Origin: Octopus sinensis
Taxonomy: Eukaryota
Length of the DNA: 64,000 bases
NCBI RefSeq assembly: GCF_006345805.1
Contig: NC_042997.1
Coordinates: 91,326,001 to 91,390,000 of the forward strand
Direction of reading: 5' to 3'
Below are positions 12,270 through 25,464 of this stretch, in pieces; the stretch's first letter is position 1, and each line of letters opens with the position of its first letter. Below the pieces are notes generated by a model. That model saw nothing but the letters and a program-made list of their open reading frames with translations. It did not search any database and was not told the DNA's origin. The position numbers and the translations under genes were made by a program.

Positions 12270-13115
12270 TGCCAGTGATTATCAGCTTGAGAAAATGGTG
12301 CACATGGATTGCCATTTGAAATGGAATTTGAAAATAATTACTCAGCCTGACTCTATCCACATTTTTGTTTTATTTTATTTTTTAAAAATTTTGTTTCAAG
12401 AGAATTCTGAAGGAAGAAAACAGAGGAATAAATGAGGATTGGAAACTGCAATTTTATTTTTTGTTTGCAAAAGATAAGATGATTTACCTGCTTTGTGATA
12501 CTGTAATATCAACATTAAAGAAACTCGATGCCCTATCAGCATTATGCCACTCATATGAACCATAGATATTTCAGATTAGTGGGAGGGGTGCAAAAGGTTG
12601 CATTGCAGAAATTGAAAGATGAAAAACAAACGCAAAGACAGTTATTTCAAGCAGTGGTAAGACCTGGAAATGATGCCACTGAAGCAACTTATAAAGTAGC
12701 TTATATACTAAGGAAAAAAAGGGAAGCCATTCAGTGATGTGGAAATCATAAAAGCAGGCATTGTAGAAGTTGTAGGATGCTTAGACCCTGATAAGCTTTC
12801 AAAATACAAACAATTGCCTCTTTCAAGGGGAACCATAACTGATCGGCAGCATGAATTATCCCTCAGCATAACAGAACAACTTCACACAGTACTTCAAAGG
12901 AAAATACATATTATTGAATCACTTTGGATGAAGCAACTGATACGGGTTAAACAATTTTTTTCATTTTTTGAAGCTAATTAGTACATAGTAGTGAGATTTT
13001 TACAAAATAATGTAGATTTTGAAGAATATCTAATTGAAGTTTCTGGAATGCTGCCTTATTAGATTACAATTAACTTAATATGGCCTTCCAATGTGAAAAG
13101 CCTCCCCACTTCTGG
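12270..13115 (+). mobile_element. hAT (Charlie/SPIN-like) DNA transposon with a degraded transposase N-terminus
   Basis: From about 12398: KRILKEENRGINEDWKLQFYF...YLLCDTVISTLKK..HYATH; then ATEATYKVAYILRKK and LPLSRGTITDR, typical of Charlie/GTF2IRD2-like transposases. Frameshifted. A hAT-like end (GAGAACCCTGCTCTAGA) lies at 12189-12205. Confidence 0.75.
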
Positions 13116-13482
13116 AATATGAAGACTGTTCTTGGCATGCATGGTTAAATAAAATCTTAGGTTATTAATATATATTCTGCAAGGTGTTTGAAGCTCATTG
13201 TACTTTGGGGATATCCTGATGCCTGGTCAGAGTTCTTTTGTGACCTACGTCCTGCACTTTCTCTATGCTAGAACCCACTCCTGGTTCTTTGCACTGTCAA
13301 ATTCTAATGGTGAATGTTTGTGGGGTGAAGGCATTGTAATGAACTTTAAACTTCAGCCTTCAAACTTTAGATATCATGACAGCAACACATCTGTGTGTGT
13401 ATGTTTTTATGTAGTTTTTACTGACGTTGTCTTGATAAGTTGTTTGTTGCCTGTCATTCATTAATTTTATGTATGTTCATTA

Positions 13483-13647
13483 ATTTCACGAACTGACTGT
13501 TTCATTTATCAGATCAACTGGAAACATTATCATCGTAGCCAATGGAGTACCAGTTAGTTACAAGCTATCATATTATGTCAGGTTGCTCTGAAGTGCTACT
13601 GCTAACATATAACCCAGTACAACCTGTTACATGGTCAGACCACCAGC
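13483..13647 (+). repeat. Near-identical local duplicate of 10858-11020
   Basis: About 165 bp differing by roughly one substitution and a 2-nt indel. Confidence 0.9.
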
Positions 13648-13954
13648 AAAGATATAATAGCCTTGGTTTGCTTCATCATAAATACATTCACACACCCACA
13701 TACTTGTATGTGTATATGTACAAGAGGTTAGTAGTAATATTGTATTATAGGTTGTGTTAAATTACTATTGTGATGTGTCAGTAGATTTTTTTTTTTTATG
13801 TATTATCTTTGTATTATTTATTTATTTGGGCTGTTGAGGTGGTGAAATTATTTATATCTAGGTCATGTTGTCAGTGGAGTTGTTAGATTTGTGTGAATTT
13901 ATATCTTTGCTTTTATGTCTGGTTTTTTTTTTTCATGCTAGATATTCGTTAGAT

Positions 13955-16890
13955 CATCATTGTCGTTGTCGTAGCCGCCGCCGCCGCCGCCGTCGCCATC
14001 GTCGTTTAACGTCCGTTTTCCATGCTAGCACGGGTTGGACGGTTCGACCTGGGTCTGAGAAGCCAGGAAGCTGCATCAGGCTCCTGTCTGATCTGGCAGT
14101 GTTTCTACAGCTGGATGCCCTTCCTAACACCAACCACTCCGTGAGTGTAGTGGGTGCTTTTTACGTGCCACCGGCACAGGCGCCAAGGGAGGCTGGCAAC
14201 AGCCATGATCAGTTGGTGCTTTTTACGTGCCACCGGCACAGGTATCACAGCTACAATTTCCATTTGATTTTTTGATGTTGATGTACTTGACTCAATAGGT
14301 CTCCTCAAGCACAGCAGGTCGCCCTACAATCCAAAGTAAGCACAGCAGGCCGTCCTGCGATCCAAGGTACTTTGGATGAGCTGGGGCTTCTATGTGAAGC
14401 TGGTGCAGGAAACAGCCATGAACTCACATTATTTGTTGGGTTTTTGCAGTCAGAGCATATCTCCAGCAGTATCGGTCTTTCGTCATTGCCTCTGTGAGGC
14501 CCAACGTTTCAAGGTCATGCTTGACCACCTCATCCCATGTCTTCCTGGGTCTACCTCTACCCCGGATTCCTTCAACTGTTTGGAAGTGGTACTTCTTCAC
14601 ACATCTCTCCTCATCCATCCGTAGTACATGACCATATCAGCGCAAACGTCTCTCTTGCATGCCACCTCCAATGCTTCTTATGTCCAGCATTTCTCTCAGG
14701 GCGCTTACACTCTGTTGAATGTGCACACTGACATTACACATCCAGTGGATCATGCTAGCTTCATTTCTTTCAAGCCTATGCATGTCCTCTGCAGTCACAG
14801 CCCATGTTTCACATGGCAGTTCGCACACATGCATCATACAATCTACCTTTCACTCTGAGCGAGAGACCCTTTGTCATCAGTAGGGGTAGAAGCTTTCTAA
14901 ACTTTGCCCAGGCTATTCGTATTCTAGTAGTGACACTCTCTGAGCATCTACCTCCACTACTAACTTGGTCACCTAGGTAGCGGAAACTATCAACTACTTC
15001 TAGTTTCTCCCCCTGGAGTGTGATGTAATCTGTTTTATGAGTATCTCTGGTGTCTATTGCACCTGTGCATCTGCCACACACGAAAGCTATCTTCTCGGTT
15101 AACTTTCCTTTGATGTTGCTGCACCTCTTATGCGTCCATAGCTTACACTGGGTACATTTTATGGAGTTTCTACCTACACTTTTTCTACAGATCGAGCAGG
15201 CCCACCTACATGAGTGGGTGTGTGATGAGTTCGCCTTCCTACTTACTATAACTTTGGTCTTTGCTACATTTACTCTAAGGCCTTTTGATTCTAAACCTAG
15301 CTTCCACACCTGAAATTTCTTTTCTAGTTCGGGTAGTGATTCTGCTATGAGGGCCAGGTCATCAGCATAGAGGATTTCCCAGGGGCAACCCATCTTGAAT
15401 TCCTCTGTTATTGCCTGGAGGACTGTGATGAATAAGAGGGGACTGAGGGCTGAACCATGGTGGACCCCTTCTTCTACCTGGAATTCTTCACTATACTCAT
15501 TATCAATCCTAACCTTGCTAATGGCCTCTCTGTATAGGGCCTGTACAGCCTTTATTAACCATTTGTCAATCTCCGGTTTCTGCATTGCCCACCAGATAAG
15601 GGATCGGGGGACTCTGTCAAAGGTTTTCTCCAAGTCCACGAAAGCAAAGTAGAGGGGTTTATCTCTAGCTAAGTAGTTTTACTGCAGTTGTTGAACCAGG
15701 AATATGGCATTAGTGGTGCTTCTACCTGGCACAAAACCAAACGGCATCTAAGCAGACTCTCTCCCTAATGTGATGGGCTATGACCCTCTCTGTGACCTTC
15801 ATCACCTGATCCAACAGTTTAATACCCTTATAGTTATTTCTATCTAGATCGTCACCTTTACCCTTGTAGCAATTGACTATGGTGCTGCTATGCCAGTCAT
15901 TGGGAATGACTCCATTATGAACTACCTGGTTTACAATGTGGGTGACTAGGCCATAGCCCACACCACCAGATATTTTAAGTATCTCAGCAGTGATTCCTGA
16001 TGGGCTGGGAGCTTTTCCTGGCTTCATACCCTTAATTGCTTTATCTACTAGGGAGTTGTCTATTCGGATAGCTGGTCCCTCTACTGGGTCAACATTTGGC
16101 AGGTTGTCCTCCTCCCATTCATTCTCCACATTCAGCAGTCTCTCATAATGGCTTCTCCAAGTCTCTTTCTTTTCAGAAACATTAAAAGCAAGAGCATCAT
16201 CATCCATGTGGACACATTTCTCTCCTGTGACATCACAATTTTCTCTCACCCACTGTCTACCAATCCGAAATACCGCAGTTCTTTGGTCCTCATGTTGCTG
16301 GACATTAGCAAACTTCTTCTTTTCTGCTTCGCCCTTGGCTATGTATACCTGCCGCCCAGCCTCCCTTTTGGCTACCTGGTACAGTTCCCTGCTACCCCCA
16401 TCTCTCCAGGCTTTCCAGGCCTGTTTCTTTGCTCTAATGGCTTTGTCTACTGCATTATTCCACCAGCATGTAACTCTAAGTCTGGAAGGGACTTTGCACC
16501 ATCTGCAGATTTGGTCTGGGGCACTAAGCAAGCTGTCCCGTAGGTATTTCCAGCAACCTTCTATGTCTGATGTCTGTAGCTCCTCCTCCTCCTTCTCATC
16601 AAATTTCTCAATGAGGATGTCCCTAAATCTCTGACCATGTGAATGTTTCTTTAGCTTCCAAATCCTTCTTTTCTGGATTGGTCTGCTTCTGGCCTCGAGC
16701 CTAAAGTCACTAATGACTAGCCTATGCTGGGGGGTACATTCTTCACCCGGGAGGGTCTTTGTATTTAAGAGCAGCCCTGCATCCTGCTGTCTGTTGAGGA
16801 TGAAATCAATCTGGCTAGCAGAGTCCCCTGATTGATAGGTTATAAGGTGGCTGTCTGGCTTCCTGAAGTTAGTGTTGCAGGTATTGCCCT
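13955..16890 (-). mobile_element. RTE-clade LINE, 5'-truncated, frameshifted ORF (end of APE endonuclease + RT), intact 3' UTR and tail
   Basis: ORFs 15722-16966 (SQIDFIL, PQHRLVI, WWNNAV, IPNDW..IVNCYKGKGD), 14809-15639 (DLEKTFDRVP, GSALSPLLF, LYADDL, FRYLG), 14637-14837 and 14424-14618 (GRGRPRKTW). Tail (GAC/GGC/GAT)n near 13955-14005. Confidence 0.95.
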
Positions 16891-17764
16891 GCAGCCAAAT
16901 ATCCTTCCTGTCAGTAATTTTTACCTGTTTTGTACATAAAGGATCTTTTATTCCACACACCTTCAAAGGTGAAAAACCAACTGATAATTTGGTGATTGGA
17001 AATAACTCAGTATTTATTTTTCTTCAGAGAAGCACAAATATAAAGAAAAAGCACATCTATCTTTTAGTTTTCTTCTACAAATTTACTCAGAAAGCTTTGA
17101 TTAGTCTGGAGCTTTAGTAGAAGATGCTAGCACAAAGTGCTGTGCAGTGGAGCTCTATCTGAAACTTTATGGATGGGGAATGAACTTCTTAAATATACAG
17201 CCATAGCAATGTATGAAGATAAGTGTGGATAAGTATTTGTCATGAGGCATACAAAGGCTGCTAGTAGTAGTGCTATGATGCATGAGTTGACAGAATGAAA
17301 AGCCAATGACAAAACTTAAAGTGCATGACAGTGCAAGGAAGTAATGACAACAATAAAACTACATATTGCTTTTATTTCTGATTTTTTTTTTGTCTATGCT
17401 GGCATTGGCTGGATAAGATTATTGAGACAATATTCTATAACTAATTATTACTTTTCTAATTATTACTACCACTAATTATTACTTTTCAAGTTTTATAATT
17501 TATCTTCATTCTACCTTATTTGCCCATCTGTGTCTGTCTCCCTACTTAACATCTGCTCATCTTTCTACTCCACTTTTAATCGTACTATGCTTATCTATAT
17601 ATGTTTCCTACATTTGTGTATGTTACCATCTGTTTCTAAGTATATCTATCTGTTTTCTGTTCATTTCTGTACCCTCTTCTGGAGCCTATATATTCTTACC
17701 TCTCTTTCATTAATGCTTTCAAGAATAAACACAGTAAATTGATTCATATATTGCAATATATTGT

Positions 17765-18080
17765 GAAGGCACATGGCTCAGTGGTTAGAGCATTGGGCTC
17801 CCAATCATGAGGTAGTGAGTTTGATTCCCAAATGAAGTTGTGTATTGTGTTCTTGAGCAAGACATTTTATTTCAGATTGCGCCAGTTCACTCAGCTGTAG
17901 AAATGAGTTGCGATGTCACTGGTGCCAAGCTGTACCAGCTTTTGCTTTTCCTTTGGATAACAGGGGAGGTTGGTATGCATGGGTGACTGCTGGTCTTCTA
18001 TAAACAACCTTGCCCAAACTTGTGCCTCAGAGTGTAACTTTTTAGGTGCAATCCTATGGTCATTTATGGCTGAAGAAGAT
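17765..18080 (+). mobile_element. CORE-like tRNA SINE
   Basis: A-box TGGCTCAGTGG, B-box GAGTTTGATTCC, then GTGTTCTTGAGCAAGACA..TTCACTCAGCTGTAGAAATGAGT. Confidence 0.75.
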
Positions 18081-18297
18081 CTTTATATTACAATATATAT
18101 ATAACATGCAAACAATACATGCATCCTTGGTTCTGATTTAAGAAAGAGGCAGAGAATCTATTATTGATAGAGATGGGGAAGGCTATTTTCCCATTTACAC
18201 CAGAGATCTTATCTGTTATGCAATTTTTTGTTGGATAGACATGCTACCCCACCACATGTGTATGTGTGTGTATGTATATCTATCTATCTATCTATCT

Positions 18298-18339
<42 letters not shown>

Positions 18340-19154
18340 TTCTCTCTCCCTATATATATGAAGCTTAGCTGTCATTCATAAACTGAGTTAGGCTGGGAGT
18401 TTTACCATGCTTTTGCTAATTGTTTTAGGTGCCTGTGTAAGTACTAGCAGATGTAGACATCTCGACCTCCTTCCCTAACTTTGACCTAGCAGAACATAAA
18501 GGTTGTGATAACTAGAATGAAAAAAGGCTGCACTAGGTAGTTACTTATTATATTGGTCTCTTCTGGTGAACAGCTAAGTTATGAGATACATTAAGAAAGA
18601 AACACTGGCTGTCAGGTAATGACAGACAAAAAGATGTACATGTACATTTATTTATCTATATCTATATAACCATAATCGTTTCTACTTTTCTATGCTTTCA
18701 TGGGTCAGACAAGACTTCATTAAGGCTGCTCAGGTGTTTCTGAACAAGGTAATTTTTCATCTAGTATATCAAACAATGAATAGCCTGGGCATGCTTTTGC
18801 AGAGAATTCCAAACAAATCACACCGTCTTTATGAATGGTAACTCTTTGTTTACAAATGGTATGCAGATGTCAAGACAAGGGTAATATGTGCTCAGTTATG
18901 CAGACAGACATTAGTAAGGACCACCTTGAAAGAATGGTATTCAACAAAATACTAACAGTTCATAGATGTTCAAAGAGAAAATGGTTGTGAACAAGATGAT
19001 ATGGCAAATGGAAAAGGTAATCAAAAGGTTTGAAATCATTCTCTTAAAATAAAAACATCTCTACTCCTACCACATAATGACTCAAAACGTTGTGCAAATT
19101 CCTCAAAATACACTATTAATTATATAATTATATTTTTATAATTATATACTTAAA

Positions 19155-20912
19155 AATTAGGGAGAAAGCCTGCTTAGATGAGATTCAGTTCAGCTTTGTG
19201 CCAGGTAGAAGCACCACTGATGTTATATTGTTGGTACGGCAACTGCAGGAGAAATACCTAGTCAAAGATAAACCCCTATACTTGGATTTTGTTGACTTGG
19301 AGAAAGCCTTTGACAGGGTCTCCTGATCCCTTATATAGTAGGCGATGTGGAAACTGGGGATTGACAAGTGATTAATGAGAGCTGTACAGGGACGCCGTTA
19401 GTACGGTAAAGGTCGGCAATGAATATAGTGAAGAGTTCTGGTAGAAGTAGGGGGTCATCAAGGATCAGCCCTCAGCCCCCTCTTATTCATCATAGTCCTC
19501 CAGGCAATAACAGAGAAATTCAAGACAGGTTACCCCTGGGAGCTCCTTTATGCTGATGACCTTGCTCTCATAGTGGAATCATTACTAGAACTAGAGAAGA
19601 AATATCAGGTGTGGAAGCAAGGTTTAAAATCAAAAGGCCTTAGAGTCAAAGTTGTAAAAACCAAAGTCCTAGTAAGTAGGAAGGCAAACACATCACAAAC
19701 CCCTTTAGGTAGATGGTCCTGCTTGATCTGTAGAAAAGGTGTTGGTAGAAACTCCATAAGATGTACCTAGTGTAAGCTATAGACACATAAGAGGTGCAGC
19801 AACATCGAAGGAAAGTTAACCGGGAAGATAGCTTTTGTGTGTGGCAGATGCACAGGGGCAATAAACACTGCAGGTGCTCAGAAAACAGATTCCATCACAT
19901 GCCAGGAGGAAAACTAGAAGTAGTTGATAGCTTCTGCTACCTAGCTGACCAAGTCTGTAGTGGGGATGGATGCTCGGAGAGCATTGTCACTAGAATAATA
20001 ATAGCCTGGGAAAAGTTCAGAAAGCTTCTGCCTCTACTGGGGCAAAGGGCCTCTCGCTCAGAGTGAAAGGTAGATTGCATGATGCATGTGTGCAAACTGT
20101 CATGCTATAAGGCAGTGAAACATGGGTCGTGACTACTGAAGACATGCATAGGCTTGAAAGAAATGAAGCTAGTATGATCCGCTGCATGTGTAATGTCAGT
20201 GTACACACACAACAGAGTGTAAGTGCACTGAGAAAAATGCTGGACATAAGAAGCATCAGATGTGGTATGCAAGAGAAATGACTGCGTTATGGATGAAGAG
20301 AAGTGTGAAGTGTCACACCCTAACAGTGGAAGGAACTCATGGAAGAGGGAGACCTAGGAAGACATGGGATGAGGTGGTGAAGCATGACCTTCGAATGTTG
20401 GGCCTCACAGAGGCAATGACAAAAGACCGAGACCTTTGGAGATATGCTGTGATTTTGAAGACCCAGCAAGTAAAGTGAGATCGTAGCCCTGGCCTACACC
20501 AATGTCGCATAACCAGCCCATTTAAAAAGTACCTTTGAATAATCAGATGACATGCCATGCATCAGGAAACCTACTGAGTCAATTAAAATCAAAATCAGTG
20601 CCACCTGACTGGCTCCCATGCTGGTGGCATGTAATAAGCACTGTTCATGCGTGGGTTGTTGCCAGTGCCACCTCATTGGGTTATCCCATGCCGGTGGAAC
20701 TTAAAAAGCACCATCCGAACATGGTCAATGCCAGCCCCCCTGCCCCAACTGGCTCCTGTACTGGTATCATGTAAAAAGCACCATCCGAATGTGGCTGATG
20801 CTGGTGCCACCTGACTGGCTCTGGGCTGGTGGCATGTAAAAAGCACCCACTGCTCTCTCAGAGTGGTTGGTATTAAGGAGGGCATCGAGCTGCAGAAACG
20901 TTGCCAGATCTC
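19155..20912 (+). mobile_element. RTE-clade LINE, 5'-truncated, degraded RT plus 3' UTR with about 4 subrepeats
   Basis: Homologous to 13955-15790 in the opposite orientation; GACTTGGAGAAAGCCTTTGACAGG, TATGCTGATGAC (YADD) near 19549, GRGRPRKTW in ORF 20260-20478. Confidence 0.92.
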
Positions 20913-20954
20913 CTGCTGACTCTTTCACCACAACTTTCTCTCTTTCCTCCTGAA

Positions 20955-21062
20955 TCTTGCAGCTCACCTGCAATGGACTGGCGTCCCATCCAGGTGGAGA
21001 ACCTATATGCCAAGGAAACCGGGAAACTGGCCCTATGAGCCAGGGATGGCTCAAGAAGGAGC
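20955..21062 (+). mobile_element. SINE 3' fragment with a V-domain-like motif
   Basis: CCTGCAATGGACTGGCGTCCCATCCAGG followed by GAAACCGGGAAACTGGCCCTATGAGCC. Confidence 0.5.
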
Positions 21063-21107
21063 AAACAATCTCCTTCTGACTAGGATTCTCAAACTTCAAT
21101 GCACTTA

Positions 21108-21450
21108 TTATAGCACTGCAGCCACTTCGTTAGTGAAGTGAAGGTGTCCAGAACCCTTGTCACAACCTCTCTTTTTCTCCTTTAGCTTGGGAAACAATTG
21201 AATGTTACAAGGAGCAAGGTCTAGACTGTAGGGAGGGTGAGACAGAGTTTTGATGCTCATCTCTTTCAAGTAGTTTGGTACCAGTTTGGAAATGTGGACT
21301 ATTGCATTGTCCTTGTGCAGGTGCCACCGATCTACATGGAAGTGCTTTGACCTTTTGTGGCAAAATCTCTTCCAGAACTCCCCCAAAGCCTCCACAAAAT
21401 ACTCCTTGTTAACAGTTTGGCCAGAAATAACTAAAATGATAACTTTCTCA
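21108..21450 (-). pseudogene. mariner (DD34D) transposase fragment
   Basis: WHLHKDNAIVH...LSHPPYSLDLAPCNIQLFPKLK matches the HDNA and HPPYSPDLAPSD motifs. Confidence 0.85.
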
Positions 21451-23650
21451 TTTCCTGTGAATATACATTATCTCTTTACATTATCACTATGTATGCATAT
21501 CACTATATATATCATATCACTATACATGCAAAGATCCATGAATTGTATGCTATGTTAACAATAGCAGCCTTATATTTTCTATGAATAACTAAATATACAC
21601 CAAGGAAATTTGGTCAATCTTGACAAATAACAAATATTTTAGTACTTAACAGCTACTGTTTGAAATGCATCATACTATTGACCACTACTGCCATTTTTGA
21701 GAATACAAGCCTTCTACTGTCATTATCATTGCTGATCTTATCATCATTAGTTCAAACCTTGCTTTGGTATGTTGTCATGGCTGGGATGAACCTGAACCAA
21801 GTGGATACTCTGTGATAGATTCCTCTCAAATAATTACTTTATCAGATCATGTTCAGAATGAAGACATCTACTTAATTGATAATCTATTTTCTACCAAAAT
21901 TTTCTAAACTCTGGCTTGTTGTCATGGTATGTCTGTTATATTGAACAAATGCAGTTTTAGTTTGATGAGTACAACCTTAACCTTGTGAAACTCAATTCTC
22001 CTACCAAACATCCTTGTATTACCCTGGCATATCTATCTATTCTTCACTTATTTGGTCTAAGAGGATATTCAACAGCCTTCTAGTAATCTGACAATGAGAG
22101 AAACAATACTCTGCTTTTTAACTTTGGCTTCCATAAATAGATATTTGTGAAATATTTGTAACATCTAGTCATATTATAGATTTTTATGGTAATTTACATG
22201 AAATTATTTGTGCCTAATAAACTGCATGATATTTACATGATATTGCTTTGCCTGGTAACTGCAGTCTAACTGTTTGAAGGCAAATTCACGGCTAAAAGAC
22301 ACATCACTGTGTTTTATTTGGTGACTCCAACCTACACCCTGTTGTCTACTATATAGATAAAGAGGATGACATATAAGCGGTGCTTATTTGAACTTTTGGC
22401 ATCCAGACATTACAAGTGAAGAGAGAAAGCTAAGGAATAAATCTTTCCATAAGTTAATCAATAACTTTGAGATGACCTTTTAAAGAATCTGCTGAATATT
22501 ACACTAGGTTCATATAGTTATGTTGTCTACTCAAACTATAGATTTAAAAGTATGTCACATTCTTTTTACAAATATCTTCTATTACATACACATCACAGCT
22601 ATTCAGATTTTTTATTTTCACAAGCATTTTCCTTTCTCTTTGTGAAACTTTATTTTCATTGATATAAAATCTTGTTCATGTGAATTTCTTTCTTCAATAC
22701 TACATATTTATCAATGCCAAGAATCATTAAATGACTAGCTGACTTTTACAAAAATCTTTTAACAACTACCATAAAAGAAAGACAATGTTTTAATAATGAT
22801 TATTTTTGTTTTATATACAATGCACATTTTTAAAGGGAATGAAATATAGCTGATTAAATGAATTTCAGTATATCACTGGTACTTACTTTTATAGCTCTCT
22901 TTTACATAGTTTTTTAAGTCTGAGATAAGGAGCAGTTGATGGGGAATGTTCTTGAGAAGGATATAAATAATGTGACTTTTTTTCTCATAATATAAGTGAT
23001 GTGAGCTGGCTATATCCAAGAACACAAACTCACTAATAATTTACTGCAATAAAGCCTAAATAATAGATTGAAGAACAAAGTTGTGTTATATAGAATATTG
23101 TAAAGCCATATCCATGGTCTGAAAAATTGATTCATTAAATATACAGTAATTAATAAATGAATTTACTGGGATTTTAATCCAGCTAACTAAGGTGTTAGAT
23201 ACATAGTCTGAGTAATTATGCAGTCTTAATTAGTAACTTAATTGAGAATTTGATCGAGGTAACAATATAGAGATAATTTGTGAATTAATATAGGTTTTGT
23301 CCAAGTAACTATAACATTGTTATTTGTGTCAGAGCTAAAATTCAAGTATAGATGGTTATAAAATGTTAATTATGGTCTGGGTAACTATAATGTTCCAATT
23401 ATTGTCTGAAGTGAGATTTGAGTTTGATTTCACACATGCTTACACACACTCTAAGGATTCTTGCTTGTCTGATCCACCACTGACCAAACAGGCGCGAAAG
23501 AAATTTCTTTGTCTGGTCAAAAAATGATGGATTGTTTCCCTTCGACTTTTGACTTCAGCTGTATCATTTAAGGTTCAAATGGACAGGAGTTGACCTATTT
23601 AGGTACAGTTTTTCCAGTTGTATGTCTGTCCTTCTAGCTGCCGCAACTTT

Positions 23651-23891
23651 TATAAATACAGTAATCCCTCAAGGGACAGGCAGTGAAGTCAGAGACACAG
23701 AGAGAGAGACGCGCCACAAGATAGCCAGCCAGTAGTTTCTCAGATATTCAACATGAACGACAGGTGATATCGCAGAACCTAAACAGACACCACTGAATGA
23801 CCAACGCGCACACACACAAAACATGTCCAGTTCTACCCTATCATATCTACAGTATGTACCCTGTTAATTCTTTGCCAGCTCAAAGCAGTTG
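23651..23891 (+). promoter_or_regulatory. Candidate TATA-box promoter and first exon
   Basis: TATAAATA at 23651-23658 and Inr-like GCAGT with its A at 23682 (31 nt spacing), in unique CpG-retaining sequence. Possible donors at 23764 (CAG|GTGATA), 23852 (|GTATGT) and 23892 (|GTAATG). Confidence 0.45.
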
Positions 23892-24085
23892 GTAATGATG
23901 TGATGTAGTGAATATTTGTGGATACAACAAGTAAATCGCAAGTGTCGTTTAAATAAATTATTTAAACTACAAATTGATGTTTTTCCATTGTTTACTTTGA
24001 AGTTGTCCACATACCTATTTCATCTGTTACCTCAACATCTTGTGCTACACCTTTTCCACTACACACATATATATACACACATACA

Positions 24086-24977
24086 CAGGTTATCCCAGAA
24101 TTAACTATCTGTTTGACTGAAATCAAGCAAATTTAAAAAAAACTAACAGAATTTTATGTTTAATACTTAATTATGATACCAAAACAAATTTATAAATCTT
24201 ATGTCAACATTTTATTGAATATTTTCAAAATATGCTCCATCTGTATCCCTGCAAATTTTTAATTTATCCTTAGTGTTGTGAAATCTATTTTGAAGCATTT
24301 CAGGAGTTATCGTCTGCACTGCTAACTGAATGCATTCTTTAAGTTCAGCTAAACTATTGCTCCATCCTGCGGATGAAAGTAAAGAAAAATGGGTCAATAT
24401 AAAGATCTTTACCCGTGAACAAAAGCAAAAAAAACCCAGCCTGCTGGGTGTTAACATGTATGTAGAAAATGAATATGAAAAAAAATTGCGCTAACGACCC
24501 TGATGGAGGACTTTCGGAAAATTCACAAGATCCGATTTTTCTGTCATAACTTTCTGTAAAATGGATATATATTTATTTTTTTTATGGAATCCCACGTTTT
24601 TGGTTATGGAGGATCCAATTCTGAAAAAAAAAAAATTTCAAAATTGTATTTTCAAAATTTCAATCCCCCTCCCTTTCATTTTTCACTTTTTCTGGAAATT
24701 ATTTTTTTGCGGATTATTTATTTTTTTTGTTCATGGGTGAAAATCTTTATATTGACTGAAAAATGATTGCAAATCCAATTGAAAAAAAAAAAATGCATTC
24801 CAACAGGAATGAAAATAAAATGAAAAAAGAAATTTATGAAAATTATAAAACTATAAATAAAATTGCAAAATTTAAACACTTTTAAAACATATTAAACATG
24901 ATAAACATAAATAAAAGTGAGTTTTTAAGAAAATTGTCCAATTCACAGAAATAGATAGTTAATTCTGGGTCACCCTG
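24086..24977 (-). mobile_element. Tc1/mariner-superfamily deletion derivative with a nested MITE
   Basis: TIRs CAGGTTATCCCAGAATTAACTATCT / AGATAGTTAATTCTGGGTCACCCTG|TA. Transposase C-terminus LAELKECIQLAVQTITPEMLQNRFHN..KLKICRDTDGAYFENI. Inner inverted repeats at about 24394-24425 / 24725-24758. Confidence 0.8.
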
Positions 24978-25163
24978 TATATATATATATATATCATTTA
25001 AGTAATAACATGAGGGAAAGTAATATGTACATACAATTTAACACTCAAGGTTGACTGTAAGCCTAAAGCTCCAACTTGAACTAAAACTAAAAGCAAGGAT
25101 GTTATAGCTGCATAATGATGATTAGATGCAGGAAGTTTATCAATTAAGCATGTATGAGCATAA

Positions 25164-25389
25164 AAGGATAAAAGTATAAACAAGCAAAACAACTGGCATG
25201 AGGTTAAATCATGACATTTATATATCTTTAAACATGATGTTACATGAGTATAGATCATAAGAAGGAAGGAACATCTATTTACTTCCGTCTTTCTTATGAC
25301 CTATACTCATGTAATATTATTTTTAAAGATATAAATGTCATAATCTAGCTTGGTACCAGTTATTTTTCCTTACTTATATTCTTATCCTT
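25164..25389. repeat. Imperfect inverted repeat (~110-bp arms, ~11-nt loop)
   Basis: TTACATGAGTATAGATCATAAGAAGGAAGGAA pairs with TTCCGTCTTTCTTATGACCTATACTCATGTAA, and pairing continues outward. Confidence 0.8.
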
Positions 25390-25464
25390 CTATACTTGTG
25401 AGTGTGTGTGTGTGTGTGTGTGTGTTTGAATGTACTTTGCTTATTGGTTTCAGAGTTGTCTTCA

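Noticed and set aside
16148-16634. Antisense ORFs over the RTE elements (also 15050, 15395, 37921)
   Set aside because: Shadow frames of the LINE ORF.
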